Shown here piece by piece: positions 39,018 to 41,953 of a stretch of DNA of 41,953 nucleotides. Source of the stretch: Tubiluchus corallicola. Lineage: Eukaryota; Animalia; Priapulida. Position 1 is the first letter of the stretch; each line of letters begins with the position of its first letter. Below the pieces are notes generated by a model. The model saw only the letters and a program-made list of their open reading frames with translations, was not told where the DNA came from and searched no databases. The position numbers were made by a program, and so were the translations under genes. The DNA lies in assembly GCA_030141605.1 (NCBI GenBank), contig JAQGDQ010001417.1, positions 1 through 41,953 on the forward strand, given 5' to 3'.

Positions 39018-40129
39018 CGCCATGAATCTTTTCTCATTTCGTGGATTTGTTTAACGTAAAGGCGAAATATGCTGGTTATTTTATAAGATTCAAAACGAAG
39101 CTTCACTATCCGTTTCACTGTATATTTATTATTGCGTAGTAAAAATGAAATGAGGCTCTAGCCGGGACAATATTCAACGATTACTTATAAACTTCTCCTG
39201 CGAAACTACCCTGTTTTCCTGTTCACACTGCAGGATTTGCGTCCAGGAAGCTGAGAAGACGAGGAAGAAAGCGATATTTAAATACAGTGCACATAATATT
39301 TCATTCAAAGGCAAATCGAATCACATAACGGTCATTAAACCAGGCCACAGAAGCGAACAAGAACAGCCAAGCAGTCACGACGTCGGTTTAGTGATCGAAG
39401 TTAAGCAATGTCGAGACTGACTGGTAATTGGATGGGTGAAAAACAGAGTTTAATACTTACTCTGAGTGGTTTCATTTACGATACCTCGATGAGGGTGAAG
39501 CGGTAATCACGTGGTTAAGACGACAGTCTACTAGAATAAGTTACATTGTCCTGTAAATCAATTTAAAGGACAGGATGATTTTTCAAGTACGGTAAAAATT
39601 TAACATTTTAACACCAATAATTCACGGCGGGCGGGCTCAACTATCGATGACATCACAAACGAACATAATTTTCAACAGCAAAAAATTCCACGAGCGTGTT
39701 GGACGTGTTTGAAAATTGAAGCACAGTGCTACAGTAAGATGTTCAGTGTGTTGTACTAAAACTAGACAAGCTTTAGAAAAAAAATTCAAATTTCAAATTT
39801 ACTGCTGTGCTCACGCATGAGCTGTCGAACGTGTGCAGTACGTCACAGACGAAGACGTCTGAACTGAGAGGTACAGCACCCGTTTTTGTGCAACATGTTT
39901 CCAAAATACAGGCGTTAGTGCCCGTCTAACTAACGAATGGCGAAGAACTAGTCGCGCGAACGCGAAATTGTATTTGTGTGGTAATGATTCTTTCATGTAA
40001 GTCATTTTTGAAAAAATAGCATGTTTCCTTTCCATGTTTTAAAGTAGAGTGTTTTGACCTAGAGTTTAACCTACGACTACTACCACTGCCACTGCCACTG
40101 CCACTGCCACTGCCACTGCCACTGCCACT

Positions 40130-40133
<4 letters not shown>
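39014..40133 (+). repeat. Third copy (direct) of 27268-28403
   Basis: ATGGCGCCATGAATCTTTT... through the CCACTG tract; ORF 39811-40035 is identical to 28081-28305. Confidence 0.96.

Positions 40134-41953
<1,820 letters not shown>

Overview
AT-rich, repeat-dense eukaryotic (animal, probably invertebrate) genomic DNA with no prokaryotic features. The only confidently identified host gene is the terminal coding exon (8418-9169, +) of a TASK-subfamily two-pore-domain K+ channel (KCNK3/KCNK9/sup-9-like). Its upstream exon(s) were not found in the window, and it has Gln in place of the pH-sensing His after the first GYG. The rest consists of about a dozen unrelated minisatellites (units of 18-133 bp), long microsatellites, decayed non-LTR retrotransposon fragments, several MITE-like DNA transposons and a 5S-rRNA-like fragment. 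The last ~16.5 kb is a complex self-duplication: a ~5 kb inverted repeat (25455-30439 / 33702-39017), followed by direct re-copies of 27268-28403 and 31458-33250, joined at 4-8 bp microhomologies. This is either a template-switching (DUP-TRP/INV-like) rearrangement or an assembly/haplotype artefact. Nearly all other ORFs in the track are by-products of repeats. I did not find a defensible novel multi-gene system.
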